From positions 608,001-672,000 of the forward strand of contig JBMNIF010000002.1 of the NCBI GenBank assembly GCA_050950765.1: a stretch of 64,000 nucleotides of DNA, written 5' to 3'. The notes beneath the pieces are model-generated. The model had not been told where the DNA came from and made no database searches. It saw only the letters and a list, made by a program, of their open reading frames with translations. Positions 44,826 through 55,531 of this stretch are shown here, one piece after another. Made by a program: the position numbers and the translations under genes. Within the stretch, counting starts at the first letter, position 1. Each line of letters opens with the position of its first letter. The DNA comes from Bdellovibrionota bacterium (GTDB lineage Bacteria; Bdellovibrionota_C; UBA2361; JAAYZI01).

Positions 44826-45611
44826 ATGCAGGACTCCAGACTTGATAGATATGATATTTTTGTAGCAGCTGCTATTATCGGTGCAGAGGTAGGGCACGCT
44901 GCTAACGGTTTTAGACACCGTGATGTTCTATTTATGATAGGGCTTTTTACGAATTGGGTTGAAACAACGATCGATGGCTCTCTCCTTGAAGTTCAAAACT
45001 CTCAAATTGCGCGTTATCTGAATACACTCATTACTGAAGGGGCTGCTAAAAAAATTAACAAGAAAGGGTATCCTAGATATAAATTAACAAGGACGGGGTT
45101 AGTTGAATTAATTACACGAGTGGTGCGACGTTCTTTTGTTTATCAACCGAGATGGTTCTTCTTTGCTTATTACTTTATAAAAAGCTATAGCGACCGAGTC
45201 CTTAAGATGATTGAAGGTGAGGGAAGGCAGTTGCCGACCGCCTTAAGGTTAGAGTGTGAAGAGCTCTTTGATACAAAAGCTTTAGTTAATAGAGAGATCG
45301 CCAGTGTAAAGAGAGAGCTAGCAACGTTAAAGGTTAGAATTGATGATTCTTTTTTTGCTGCAAAATTAGCTGAAGAGTTTATTCAAGCTAAACGACCTTT
45401 GAAAGACCTCGTTTCTGAGATCACACGACACGCTCCATACGATCTAGATAGTCAGAAACCACTTTCCGAACTAATAGCGGAGATACCAGCAGACTTACGT
45501 GAATGGGAGCTATCAGAAGGAAATGAAAGAAGAGCAAAATATATCTTCCAGCCGACGGAAGCCATGCTAAAAACCTACTTAACACAACTTGAAAATTTAA
45601 AAGTTAGTTGA
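44826..45611 (+). CDS. Hypothetical protein (possible winged-helix region)
   Basis: ~261-aa ORF; QIARYLNTLITEG...PRYKLTRTG resembles a wHTH wing, followed by a coiled coil. Confidence 0.65.
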   Translation: MQDSRLDRYDIFVAAAIIGAEVGHAANGFRHRDVLFMIGLFTNWVETTIDGSLLEVQNSQIARYLNTLITEGAAKKINKKGYPRYKLTRTGLVELITRVVRRSFVYQPRWFFFAYYFIKSYSDRVLKMIEGEGRQLPTALRLECEELFDTKALVNREIASVKRELATLKVRIDDSFFAAKLAEEFIQAKRPLKDLVSEITRHAPYDLDSQKPLSELIAEIPADLREWELSEGNERRAKYIFQPTEAMLKTYLTQLENLKVS

Positions 45612-45701
45612 GTAAAGGACAAAAGGTAAAAGCCTCTTCCCTTCCTCCTCTTTATGGGTAATTTATTATTTTTTAGCTTTAAAAGATTAGGGGCTAAAAA
45701 A

Positions 45702-46295
45702 TTATTTTACTAGAGCAAAAGAGGTTGCAGAATTTTTCTCTCTGTAAGCATCGATCTTCTCCTCTTTTGAAAAGATATAATCAATGTCATCCAGTCCACT
45801 TAGAAGACAGTGCTTTCTAAAAGGATCGTAATCAAAGTGATGCTTAGTGCCATCTGGAAGAGTTACTCTTTGAGATTCTAGATCAACAGTCACGGTGTAC
45901 TCCTCTTCCTCTGCGCCGTCTAAGATCGTATCGACCACACACTCGGGAAGTGTTATTAGAAGCAAGCCGTTTTTTCCAGCATTCCCTGAAAAGATATCAG
46001 CAAAAGATTTTGCTATTACTACACGAATGCCCCAATCTGTTAATGCCCACACAGCGTGCTCTCTTGAAGATCCACAACCGAAATTGAGATCGGAAACAAG
46101 GATCTGGGCACCGTCATAACGTGCTTGGTTGAAGGAAAAAGCGGGGTCGTTTTCTTTTAAACGTTGGAAGAGCCTAACTCCGTGACCGCTACGTTCAACT
46201 GTTGTCATATAAGAGGCAGGATATAACATATCGGTATCAACGTCCTTAATACGGACAGGAACAACTTTGCTTGTGATGGTAGTAAACTTTTCCAT
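45702..46295 (-). CDS. leuD: 3-isopropylmalate dehydratase small subunit
   Basis: DVDTD, NFGCGSSREHAVWAL and SFADIF motifs. Confidence 0.97.
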   Translation of the reverse strand: MEKFTTITSKVVPVRIKDVDTDMLYPASYMTTVERSGHGVRLFQRLKENDPAFSFNQARYDGAQILVSDLNFGCGSSREHAVWALTDWGIRVVIAKSFADIFSGNAGKNGLLLITLPECVVDTILDGAEEEEYTVTVDLESQRVTLPDGTKHHFDYDPFRKHCLLSGLDDIDYIFSKEEKIDAYREKNSATSFALVK

Positions 46296-46387
46296 AAAAT
46301 GACCTTAAAATACTGTGTTCTGATAAACTCTCAATTAACATAAAACACCGCAACGGTATAAAAACATTTAACGGCGCTTTACTTTGA

Positions 46388-47770
46388 TTAAGCAGTAATA
46401 CAACCTGCTAAGGCACTCTTTGCCACTGTGGCAGGGGAGGCTAGATGCGTTCTACTTCCTGCTCCCTGCCTCCCCCTAAAGTTTCTATTAGAGGAGCTGA
46501 TGGAACGTTTTCCAGCAGGCACTCTATCGTCATTCATCCCTAAGCAGAGTGAACAACCAGGCATCCTAAAATCAGCACCAGCTTCACGGAAGATCTGATC
46601 TAAACCTTCAGCGATAGCTTGATCTCTAACCTTTTCAGATCCAGGAACAACGTAAAAAGTTACATTCGGATGTACTTTTTTACCTTTTACGATCTGAGCT
46701 GCGATCCGTAAATCTTCAATTCTGCCGTTGGTACACGAGCCCACAAAAGCCCAATCAATGGCAACTCCTGCTAGAGATTGTCCGTGTTGTAAACCGATAT
46801 ATTCAAGCGCCTGTTCTGCCGCTAGCCTTTCACTTTGTGGAAGCTCTTCTACCGTTGGGATGTTTCCTGAGATCGGGATGGCTTGCCCAGGGCTTGTGCC
46901 CCAAGTAATCATCGGGGTGAGGTTATCAACATCAACGATCACTTCGCTATTATAACTACATCCGTTATCACTCTTAAATGTTTCCCAGTATTCAACAGCA
47001 CGCTCAAAATCTTGAGCTTGTGGTGCAAACGGAAGCCCTTTTAAATATTCATACGTCGTGGCATCAGGAGCGATTAGACCTGCTCTGGCACCACACTCAA
47101 TACTCATGTTGCAGATAGTCATACGTTCGTCCATGCGTAACTTACGAATGGCTTCTCCACAATACTCTATAACGTAACCTGTACCTCCTGCCGCACCGAT
47201 CTGTGCGATAAGTTGCAAAATAGCATCTTTGGCGTAAACGCCCTCTTTAAAAGATCCTTTAAATTCAACTTTCATAGTTTTCGGAGGTTGTTGTAAGAGA
47301 CAACCCGTTGCTAATACATTAGCCACTTCGGAGGTTCCGATACCGAAAGAGAGCGCACCAAAAGCACCGTGTGTCGAGGTGTGAGAGTCTCCGCAAACGA
47401 TAGTCATTCCAGGTTGAGTTACTCCAAACTCCGGAGCTACAACATGAATGACCCCTTGATTGTTGCCGTAATCACATAAGAAGATGCCGAAATCGTGACA
47501 ATTTTGACGCATCGTTTCTACCTGCTTACGTGCAGTTTCGTCATAGATCTCTTCACGGTTCTGCCGTGTCGGTACGCTGTGATCGAGGGTGCCTAAGATG
47601 CGGCGTGTATCAAAAGGCTTTAGCTTCTTTTCACGTAAGATCTCAAAAGCTTGCGGTGAAGTAACTTCGTGCATCAGTAGAAAATCAATAGCAAGCACAA
47701 CAGGGTGTCCCTCCTGCTGTGTTACGACATGAGCATCCCAAAGCTTTTCAATAATATTGCGTGATTTCAT
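46388..47770 (-). CDS. leuC: 3-isopropylmalate dehydratase large subunit
   Basis: HEVTSPQAF, CGDSHTSTHGA, GSCTNGRIEDLR and GCSLCLGMN motifs. Confidence 0.98.
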   Translation of the reverse strand: MKSRNIIEKLWDAHVVTQQEGHPVVLAIDFLLMHEVTSPQAFEILREKKLKPFDTRRILGTLDHSVPTRQNREEIYDETARKQVETMRQNCHDFGIFLCDYGNNQGVIHVVAPEFGVTQPGMTIVCGDSHTSTHGAFGALSFGIGTSEVANVLATGCLLQQPPKTMKVEFKGSFKEGVYAKDAILQLIAQIGAAGGTGYVIEYCGEAIRKLRMDERMTICNMSIECGARAGLIAPDATTYEYLKGLPFAPQAQDFERAVEYWETFKSDNGCSYNSEVIVDVDNLTPMITWGTSPGQAIPISGNIPTVEELPQSERLAAEQALEYIGLQHGQSLAGVAIDWAFVGSCTNGRIEDLRIAAQIVKGKKVHPNVTFYVVPGSEKVRDQAIAEGLDQIFREAGADFRMPGCSLCLGMNDDRVPAGKRSISSSNRNFRGRQGAGSRTHLASPATVAKSALAGCITA

Positions 47771-47861
47771 CTTTTATCTTCTCCGATTTATTTCAGTAAC
47801 GGTTTTAACTTTCATATTCAGCGGTGTTGTAAACTTAAATATGACGTAGTTTGTACTACTA

Positions 47862-49448
47862 CTATCTTCTGAAGTTCATCTCTATATAAGCATGATTTAC
47901 AACATTTATTAAAGCCTTCATAGCTGATATCTCAATATCTTGATCTTCTCCCTGTGCCTGAAAACGTCGTCCATCTGCTATAAGAACGATCGTTGAAAGG
48001 CTTAAAGCGTGGATACTGGTGCCGACGGATTCGCTACTGTAAGAATCGATGGTGGTGTTCGGAAATTTTCTATCTATAAGGTGTTTTAGAACAGCTAAAG
48101 CTGAACTTTTCCCCTCCATAGATTCCTTAATCGTACCTGATTCATCAAAGAACTTTCCCGTTAGACAGATCTCAGATCTATTTTGTGTTTTTGAATAATC
48201 AAAGCTTGAAATATGGATGGGAGCGCGATACTTGAAATAAGCTTTCATTAACTCATTATCAGTGACTCCTTTGCGTCGTTCTTGATAGGTGTCCTTTATA
48301 AACTGTGCTATCTCGGATTTTTCAGAGTCGCTGCAAAGATAACCGTTATTTTCAATAATCGATTTAGCGTGATTGCCTCCGCTAAGTGGTCCGAAGATTA
48401 AACTAATCTCCTGCCCGATCTCATGCGGATCGTAAGGTTGATAAGCCAAAGGATTTTTTAAAACGGCATTGGTATGACCCCCTGAGGAGTGCTTGGCAGC
48501 GTTGTCTCCGCAGATCGGCCAATGCGCTTGACGTGGAAGCATATTTCTTGAGACGAAATCGGAGATCCCTTTAATGTGTTCCGTTTTTACAGTGGTAAAA
48601 AACGGATTGTCTTTATCAAAACAACCTCCGAAGTGTTTTATGATCATAATACACTGTTCAAGTGCAGCGTTTCCAGCACGCTCTCCGATACCATTAAAGC
48701 ACCCTTCAATCTGTCTAGCAGGGCCGTGAAAAACAGCGTTCAGAGTGTTGTCTACGGCTAAGCCGTAATCGTTATGACAGTGTGTTGACCAAGTGATCTC
48801 CTTGTCGGGAAACTCGGAACGGATAATCTGCGCATGACGGATCATTTTTTCTACGAAATACTCCTCTCCCTGTGCGCGATAGGCACCACCTATTGTATCA
48901 GGACAATTTATTACAGTAGCACCAGCAGAAACAGCAGCTCTAATCGAGTCTGTCACAAAATCAAAGTTATCCCCCATCCTTGAATACCCTTCAGGGCTGT
49001 ATTCTACCTCAAGTCCGGCTGCGACTGCTTGTTTGCAAAACTTTGCAAGGTCATCAAGTAGAGCCTCTTTATTGATACCGTGCCCCCCTAAAGATGCCGC
49101 CATCAACTCCGGATCTACCGGCAGATAGATGTGCATACGCCCCTTTTTTACTGCTGCTGCTTTTTCGAGTGATCGGATAGTTGTCTCAACTTGATGCTCC
49201 CGCATCTGGCAAAGTGCAGCTACGATCGGAGAGTCTTCTTCATGACATATCTCATCAACTACTGCTGTAACTATCTTATAATCCAAACTACTCGCTGATG
49301 GAAAACCTGCTTCAATAACATCTATGCCGCAGTTGGCGGCGACACGAGCGTATTGGAGGTTGTGTTCAAAATCCATTCCGGCTCCAGGGCACTGTTGTCC
49401 ATCACGCAACGTCGTATCAAAGATAATAACCCGTCTACTTTCGTCCAT
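47862..49448 (-). CDS. leuA: 2-isopropylmalate synthase
   Basis: FDTTLRDGQQ, HCHNDYGLA and GIGERAGNAALE; ATG start at 49448; first gene of leuA-C-D. Confidence 0.92.
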   Translation of the reverse strand: MDESRRVIIFDTTLRDGQQCPGAGMDFEHNLQYARVAANCGIDVIEAGFPSASSLDYKIVTAVVDEICHEEDSPIVAALCQMREHQVETTIRSLEKAAAVKKGRMHIYLPVDPELMAASLGGHGINKEALLDDLAKFCKQAVAAGLEVEYSPEGYSRMGDNFDFVTDSIRAAVSAGATVINCPDTIGGAYRAQGEEYFVEKMIRHAQIIRSEFPDKEITWSTHCHNDYGLAVDNTLNAVFHGPARQIEGCFNGIGERAGNAALEQCIMIIKHFGGCFDKDNPFFTTVKTEHIKGISDFVSRNMLPRQAHWPICGDNAAKHSSGGHTNAVLKNPLAYQPYDPHEIGQEISLIFGPLSGGNHAKSIIENNGYLCSDSEKSEIAQFIKDTYQERRKGVTDNELMKAYFKYRAPIHISSFDYSKTQNRSEICLTGKFFDESGTIKESMEGKSSALAVLKHLIDRKFPNTTIDSYSSESVGTSIHALSLSTIVLIADGRRFQAQGEDQDIEISAMKALINVVNHAYIEMNFRR

Positions 49449-49489
49449 CTGATGTCTTGCCTCCAAAATATATAGTTAAAAATGAACAC

Positions 49490-49516
49490 AAAAAAACCTG
49501 CTCAAGAGGCAGGTTT
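49490..49516 (-). terminator. Attenuator terminator of the leu operon
   Basis: The - strand reads AAACCTGC-CTCTTGA-GCAGGTTTTTTT between the leader peptide and leuA. Confidence 0.85.
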
Positions 49517-49548
49517 ATAAAAGATAAAAACGGTTTTTACGCACCACC

Positions 49549-49626
49549 TCAGTTTAGATAAGCCCCCTTACCTAAAAGTAATAAGGACAACAAGGAGAGT
49601 ACGATTGCGATAAGGATGGTGCTCAT
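49549..49626 (-). CDS. Leu operon leader peptide (25 aa)
   Basis: MSTILIAIVLSLLSLLLLGKGAYLN*, with 9 Leu including a run of 4, upstream of a terminator and leuA; TTGACA at 49662-49657. Confidence 0.85.
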   Translation of the reverse strand: MSTILIAIVLSLLSLLLLGKGAYLN

Positions 49627-50038
49627 AAGATTTAGATAATATCCGTAGAGGCAAGGTGTCAAGTCATTTTTAACCAAAACTCCCCCTCCTTACGTATGTT
49701 AAGAGGTAGTCTCTTCCATTAATAAGACGTAACTCCTTTCTTTTATCTCGATATTTTATTGCCTAATTAAGGGGGATTTTTGTTTTTCTTTTTATACCTA
49801 AATACGTATATCAAGACAGCAAAAAAGTTACCCCCTTTTATCGTTAATTTTTAAAAGATTTCTATCGGTTATAACAATATTGCTACTTTATAGTTACGTA
49901 AATTACAGAAAAGTTTAGGTTTTAAAATTCTCCTCCCTTTTTGACAACAAAGAACCTCAACCGTCCGATTTAATCACCATGTTTAAAAAAATATGGAGAT
50001 AAAGTTTTTAAAGTTTTTTTAAAAAAGGATGTACGATT

Positions 50039-51613
50039 ATGCAAAAAGATTTCTTTTCAAAAGCACAAATTTGCCCCGCACCACTTCATTCGGAGGGAGG
50101 GGATGATCTGGTAGCGGCTAAACGGCTTAGCAACTGCTCCACCCCTGAAGCGCGCGCTTTGGTAGCTTATCAAACCGCTAACCATTTAAAAATATTACCA
50201 CTAGCTATCTTAGATCTAAACGGTGCTACAAAAACGTTTACTGCGGCAGCAGCGCCTGTAATTGATGATTTTGAGCGGCTTAAGATGTTGAAGTTCTGCA
50301 CTAATATGCAGATTCGACTGATCCCCGTTGCAGCTACGATCTTAAAAGAAGCTATTTTTAAAGCTTATTTCGGTGATGATTCCACCTTAAGGGTGTGCGC
50401 CGAACAGGCGCAGGCTGCTGTAAAGGAGGAGCCGCACAGTGATTCTTTTGAAGTTGGAGAGCACGGTGAAGCTGCAACGTTTCTATCAGGGTTAATAGAG
50501 TACGGGGTCTCACATCAAGCTTCAGATATCCATTTTATCCCGACACAGGATGGTGCTCTTTTACGTCTTAGGATTGACGGCGAGTTAAGGGAGAATTGCC
50601 AAGCGGTTAATACGAAGAAGCTACATCAGCAACTCGTTTCGAGAATAAAGGTTTTAGCCAAATTACCTCTGGGCAAAACGTTTTCGCCACTTGATGGAGC
50701 CTTTAAGATAGAGATCGCTGAAAAGCGTATCTCAATACGGGTTAGTATTATGCCGACGATTCACGGAGAAAAAGCTGTTTTGCGTATTTTAGGACAGAGC
50801 AAGGTCGTGCGGCTGGAGCAACTTAATCTGAATGCGCGGATTCGCATAGCTCTGGAAGAGGCTGCACTAACGGGAGAGGGAGCTATTATCTTTTCGGGTC
50901 CGACAGGGAGCGGCAAAACGAGCTCTGCCTATGGTGTGTTGGCTTTGCTGCGTGATAAGGCTAAAAACATTATTACGATAGAAGACCCCGTTGAGATCAT
51001 GATGGATGGTATCTCGCAAACCTCTGTTTCTGAGATCTTGGGGCTAGGTTTTTCGGCAGGCTTAATCTCTGCTTTAAGGCAAGATCCGGATGTGGTGTTG
51101 CTTGGAGAGATTCGTGAAGCGGAAGTGGCGCAACTCGCTTTAAATATGGCGTTAACGGGGCATCTCTTACTATCTACCATTCACGCTCGAAGTGTACTTG
51201 ACATTCCGTTACGGTTATCGAACTTCGGAGTTGATAATGCTTTATTAGCGCAGAGCTTGACGTTACTCGTTTCACAACGGCTTTTACCGAGATTGTGTAA
51301 TCAGTGTAAAGTGCTGGATCTGACAGCATCAAATCACTACGGATTTGATGTTTATCAAGGGACGGGGTGTGCAGCTTGTGATTATTCTGGTTATGCTGGA
51401 CGTATTGTGGCAGTAGAGGCGCTTTCTATTGATGATGATATTCGAAGTGCTTTAGCAAATGGATTTGTAAGTGCTAAAGATTTAAAAAAAGTAACAACCT
51501 CACAAAATTATTTCCCGATGGCAGAAGACCTCCTTGCACTCTTGAAAGAAGGTAGCATTTCAGAAAAATCTTATCAGGAAAGAGCTGGACGGGTGCTGCA
51601 ATTTAAAAGGTAG
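50039..51613 (+). CDS. GspE/PilB family secretion/pilus ATPase
   Basis: ASDIH, GPTGSGKT, ITIEDPVE, LRQDPDVVLLGEIR, TGHLLLSTIH and a CxxC...CxxC zinc motif. Confidence 0.93.
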   Translation: MQKDFFSKAQICPAPLHSEGGDDLVAAKRLSNCSTPEARALVAYQTANHLKILPLAILDLNGATKTFTAAAAPVIDDFERLKMLKFCTNMQIRLIPVAATILKEAIFKAYFGDDSTLRVCAEQAQAAVKEEPHSDSFEVGEHGEAATFLSGLIEYGVSHQASDIHFIPTQDGALLRLRIDGELRENCQAVNTKKLHQQLVSRIKVLAKLPLGKTFSPLDGAFKIEIAEKRISIRVSIMPTIHGEKAVLRILGQSKVVRLEQLNLNARIRIALEEAALTGEGAIIFSGPTGSGKTSSAYGVLALLRDKAKNIITIEDPVEIMMDGISQTSVSEILGLGFSAGLISALRQDPDVVLLGEIREAEVAQLALNMALTGHLLLSTIHARSVLDIPLRLSNFGVDNALLAQSLTLLVSQRLLPRLCNQCKVLDLTASNHYGFDVYQGTGCAACDYSGYAGRIVAVEALSIDDDIRSALANGFVSAKDLKKVTTSQNYFPMAEDLLALLKEGSISEKSYQERAGRVLQFKR

Positions 51614-51724
51614 GAGAGGGATATAATTAAAATGCCGCTTTTTTATGATAAGTAGTAAAGGAAAAAGGAGTTTTCTAGAATTTTTTAATTTATAGCGGGG
51701 TTGTTAAAAATCTGTCTAGTAAAG

Positions 51725-51760
51725 GAAAAAAAAGGAGCCTTTAAAAGACTCCTTTTTTTC
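51725..51760. terminator. Bidirectional terminator between convergent genes
   Basis: A8-GGAG ... CTCC-T7. Confidence 0.7.
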
Positions 51761-51867
51761 TCACAAATTTCTTTTCACAAATTCTTCTACGTAATATGTA
51801 ATTCATAAAGTTCAATTTTACCCGTTTTAATATCTTAAAGACGCGGGTAAGGGCGATCTCCCCGTAG

Positions 51868-52002
51868 TTATGCCACAACAATTACGTTTTCTTTTTGTGC
51901 TAATTTTTTTAAATTACGAGCTGTACGTTTTAGCCGTTTTACTGCCATTTTCTGACGCTTTTTATTGCGCTTACACTTTGTTACTTTTGCTAGAGAAGCC
52001 AT
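51868..52002 (-). CDS. Small highly basic protein (44 aa), absent from the ORF track
   Basis: GGAGG RBS then ATG; MASLAKVTKCKRNKKRQKMAVKRLKRTARNLKKLAQKENVIVVA*. Confidence 0.75.
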   Translation of the reverse strand: MASLAKVTKCKRNKKRQKMAVKRLKRTARNLKKLAQKENVIVVA

Positions 52003-52194
52003 CTTTAATACCTCCGTTAGTCACTCACCTATAAATATATGAGCATTCCCTTCGTTGAAGAGCACGATATGCTACAAAAAGATTTTATAGCGGTCAACCT
52101 TCACCTATGTAAGTTTAAATACCTTAAAGTAAACAAGCGCAAGTCTTTGCTTTTATGGAGGATATTTTAAAGCGTTTTATTTTAAGCTACTGTG

Positions 52195-52968
52195 CTAGTT
52201 ACTTACTTGCCGTCTCTCTAAGGCCTGTTTTATCAGGTCGAGGTCTGCTGGAGTATTTACTCCTAAAAACTCCGTAGGGTCTTCGTGGAGTGAAGCAGCT
52301 ACGGTTTGTCCTTCTCTAGCCGCACGGTCTACTATATCTGTTAGGTAGTACTCCCCTTGAGCATTATCGTTTGTCAGCCCTGTTAAAGCGGGGGCTAAGA
52401 AGGCGGAGTCAACGGCATAGATACCCGTGTTTGCTTCCGTTAACTCTTTTTCCGTGTCGTTACAATCTTTAAACTCGACGATCTTTAAAACATATCCATC
52501 TTTATCTCGAACGATGCGACCGTAGGCGTTCTCTGCTGTGACACGCATCGAAATGAGTGAAACGGTGGCTTTACTGTCACTGTGAGTTTTAAGTAATGCT
52601 TTTAAACTTTGCGGGCGAATTAACGGAATATCACCACATAAAATTAGAACTGTTCCTGTAAAGTCTTGTAAAAAAGGTAGGGCAGACTTAGCAGCATCTC
52701 CCGTTCCACGCATCTCTTGCTGGACGGCAAAAGATATATTGTTTGAATATCTGCCTAACTTTACTCCTTGAGTGACAACCTCTTTTACTAACTCTCCTTT
52801 GTGTCCGATCACAACAACTGTTTTTTGGGGATGAAGGGAGTCAGCACAACTTAAAACGTGTTCAATTAAAGTCATGTCTCCAACTTTAGAGAGCACCTTC
52901 GGAGTAGCGCTCCCCATCCGTTTACCTAATCCTGCTGCTAAAATAATGATAGCTAAAGAGTCGTCCAT
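52195..52968 (-). CDS. GlmU-like N-acetylglucosamine-1-phosphate uridylyltransferase domain only
   Basis: ILAAGLGKRM..PKVL, GTGDA, GDIPL, YGRIVR, EANTG, NAQGEYYLTD and GVNT; ends before the acetyltransferase domain. Confidence 0.88.
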   Translation of the reverse strand: MDDSLAIIILAAGLGKRMGSATPKVLSKVGDMTLIEHVLSCADSLHPQKTVVVIGHKGELVKEVVTQGVKLGRYSNNISFAVQQEMRGTGDAAKSALPFLQDFTGTVLILCGDIPLIRPQSLKALLKTHSDSKATVSLISMRVTAENAYGRIVRDKDGYVLKIVEFKDCNDTEKELTEANTGIYAVDSAFLAPALTGLTNDNAQGEYYLTDIVDRAAREGQTVAASLHEDPTEFLGVNTPADLDLIKQALERRQVSN

Positions 52969-53361
52969 AATTGCCAAAAATAAAAAAACAAAAATAATAT
53001 CGCCACCTAAGATCTACTTATATTAAAAGCGGTGTAAGATATTTTTAAGGAGTGTAATTTGTAAAGGTTTAACTATCAAGCAGCTACGAAAAATACACAC
53101 CCTCACCCCATCTAAAATCTTGTAGCGTATTTTAACTATTAAACCGTGAGAAGGGTAGAACTCTCTGTTTTGTTTAAAGGTAAAAAAGAGGGGGATGTGT
53201 AGTGGTTTTTACTATTTTTTCTAAAAAAAGCGCTGAGATCTAAAACTTATTGTAAAGATTCCGATAGCAGTTCAGGGGAAACGCTTTACCTGATATCTGC
53301 CGGATCGGTTAAAAGGTTCTCTAGTAAGTTTAGGGGCGACATTTTATCTGATATTTGTAAT

Positions 53362-53985
53362 ATGCAACTTGGACAAAATAAAAATAATAATAAGAAAAAA
53401 GATCTGCACGAGCGCGCTTTTGAAAAGGTAGATCCTGCTAAGGAGTTAAAAAAGCTGATGCAGTTATTGGATGAATTAAAGATCCAATATGAGCAGTATT
53501 TTCTCGGAATAGTTTCTTTTCCCCCTGATAAATTACATCGCGAAGTGCGGATGCAGATTAGACATGTTAGGAAAGCACCGTTTAAAAAACCGCATCACCG
53601 TTATCGTTTGAGAATGTTGGAGTATCATTACAACACCTACAACGATTATTGGCAGCGGGTCTTGCGTAAAAAAGAGAACGGCACCTATGAAAAAGATATC
53701 TTTAAAGCAAATTTAAAAGAAAGGATTAAGAACGAAGAAAAAGAGGCTTTAACTAAAAAGGGCAAAGCTTCAAAAGCGATGATGAATCTTTTTCAGAGCT
53801 ATAAGCAGGCTTTAGAGAAGGAAACTGGCAAGAAATATAATATAGATTTCGATGCTTTTCAGAAAACATTAGTTGCGCGCGCTCGTGCGCAACAAAATGC
53901 TAGTAAGAAAGAGGGAAAGCTATCGTTTAAAGTCGTTGTAAAAGATGGAAGGGTGCTAGTTAAGGCAACTTTAAAGGATAGTTGA
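53362..53985 (+). CDS. Conserved hypothetical protein (resembles MXAN_5187 C-terminal-domain proteins)
   Basis: YEQYFLG...P, YW.R.LR..ENG and C-terminal FKVVVKDGRVLVKA; family call is from memory only. Confidence 0.55.
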   Translation: MQLGQNKNNNKKKDLHERAFEKVDPAKELKKLMQLLDELKIQYEQYFLGIVSFPPDKLHREVRMQIRHVRKAPFKKPHHRYRLRMLEYHYNTYNDYWQRVLRKKENGTYEKDIFKANLKERIKNEEKEALTKKGKASKAMMNLFQSYKQALEKETGKKYNIDFDAFQKTLVARARAQQNASKKEGKLSFKVVVKDGRVLVKATLKDS

Positions 53986-54280
53986 TAATGTAAAGCGTGC
54001 TCCTGATACCCTCCCTACAATAAAAGGTTTAGAGTCACCTCTTCAAAAAGGGGGGGAGCACCGAAAGATCCTTAATCTTAGAATTATTTAACTCCTCTCT
54101 ATTCTAATAATCTAATAAGAAAAAATTTCCTATCGAAAAATCGTGCCCAAGTGGCGGTGTTTTATACAAAGATTATATTAAGTAAGATAAAAATCGGTAC
54201 GTAAGGAGCTTGTCTATCTTAAGTTCATAATTTAGATTGAAGCAGCTTTTTTTAAAGATAATTTTTTTGGATTTTCTCTT

Positions 54281-55531
54281 ATGAATAAGATTAAAACAGG
54301 TGGTGCTATCGTTGAAATGGATGGCGATGAGATGGCGGGTGTTGTTTGGCGCATGATAAAAGAACGTCTTATCTCGCCTTACCTTGATGTGCCTATTAAG
54401 TATTTCGATCTCTCCATTCAAAATAGAGATGCTACTGATGATGCTGTTACCGTAGAAGCAGCTCATGCTGTGCTTCAAAACAGAGTTGGTGTTAAGTGCG
54501 CCACCATCACACCGGACTTAGCACGTGTAAAAGAGTTTAGTTTAAAAAAGATGTGGAAATCGCCGAACGGTACCATCAGAAATATTATCGGTGGTACTGT
54601 TTTTAGAGAGCCGATAGTTTGTAAAAACATACCCCGTTTAGTTCCGCATTGGACAAAACCGATCGTGATCGCTAGACACGCCTTTGGAGATCAGTACCGC
54701 GCAACGGGGATGGAGATAACGAGGCCAGGACAAGTTGCCTTACAATTTACCCCTGATGACGGTACAGAGGCGCAAAAAAAAGAGGTCTTTAACTTTACCT
54801 CTAGTGGTGTCGTATTAGGGATGTATAACACTGATGCGTCGATTACTGAGTTCGCCATAAGTTGCTTTAATTACGCTTTACAACGTAGATACAACCTCTA
54901 TTTTTCAACAAAAAATACGATATTGCAGATCTATGACGGACGCTTCAAGGATATCTTCCAAGCGCTCTACGAAGAACGGTTTAAAAAACTTTTTGAGGAA
55001 AACGGCTTACGGTATGAGCACCGCCTGATCGATGATATGGTTGCTTTCGCTTTAAAAAGCGATGGTGGCTACCTCTGGGCGTGTAAAAATTACGATGGTG
55101 ATGTGCAATCAGATTCTGTGGCGCAGGGATTCGGTTCTCTAGGGCTGATGACATCTGTGTTATTAAACGGTGATGGTAGTGTTATGGAAGCAGAAGCTGC
55201 GCACGGAACAGTTACACGTCATTATAGATTACATCAAAAAGGGCTTGAAACCTCAACTAACCCGATCGCCTCAATCTATGCTTGGAGTAGAGGTTTAAAG
55301 AAACGGGGTGAGATAGATGAGAATAATCGTCTTGTGCAATTTGCCGAAGCTTTGGAGAAAAGCTGCATTGAAACGGTTGAAGCAGGGCTTATGACAAAAG
55401 ACTTAGCGTTGTGCTTACACGGTCCTGAGGTGAAACGTGAACAGTATCTCTCAACCGAAGAGTTTTTATCAGCGATAGCTGATAAACTCGCTATGCAAAA
55501 AATCGATGGTTTATTTCTAAAGGATCTATAA
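54281..55531 (+). CDS. icd: NADP-dependent isocitrate dehydrogenase (eukaryote-like homodimeric type)
   Basis: [33 protein letters not shown] and [10 protein letters not shown] motifs. Confidence 0.97.
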   Translation: MNKIKTGGAIVEMDGDEMAGVVWRMIKERLISPYLDVPIKYFDLSIQNRDATDDAVTVEAAHAVLQNRVGVKCATITPDLARVKEFSLKKMWKSPNGTIRNIIGGTVFREPIVCKNIPRLVPHWTKPIVIARHAFGDQYRATGMEITRPGQVALQFTPDDGTEAQKKEVFNFTSSGVVLGMYNTDASITEFAISCFNYALQRRYNLYFSTKNTILQIYDGRFKDIFQALYEERFKKLFEENGLRYEHRLIDDMVAFALKSDGGYLWACKNYDGDVQSDSVAQGFGSLGLMTSVLLNGDGSVMEAEAAHGTVTRHYRLHQKGLETSTNPIASIYAWSRGLKKRGEIDENNRLVQFAEALEKSCIETVEAGLMTKDLALCLHGPEVKREQYLSTEEFLSAIADKLAMQKIDGLFLKDL

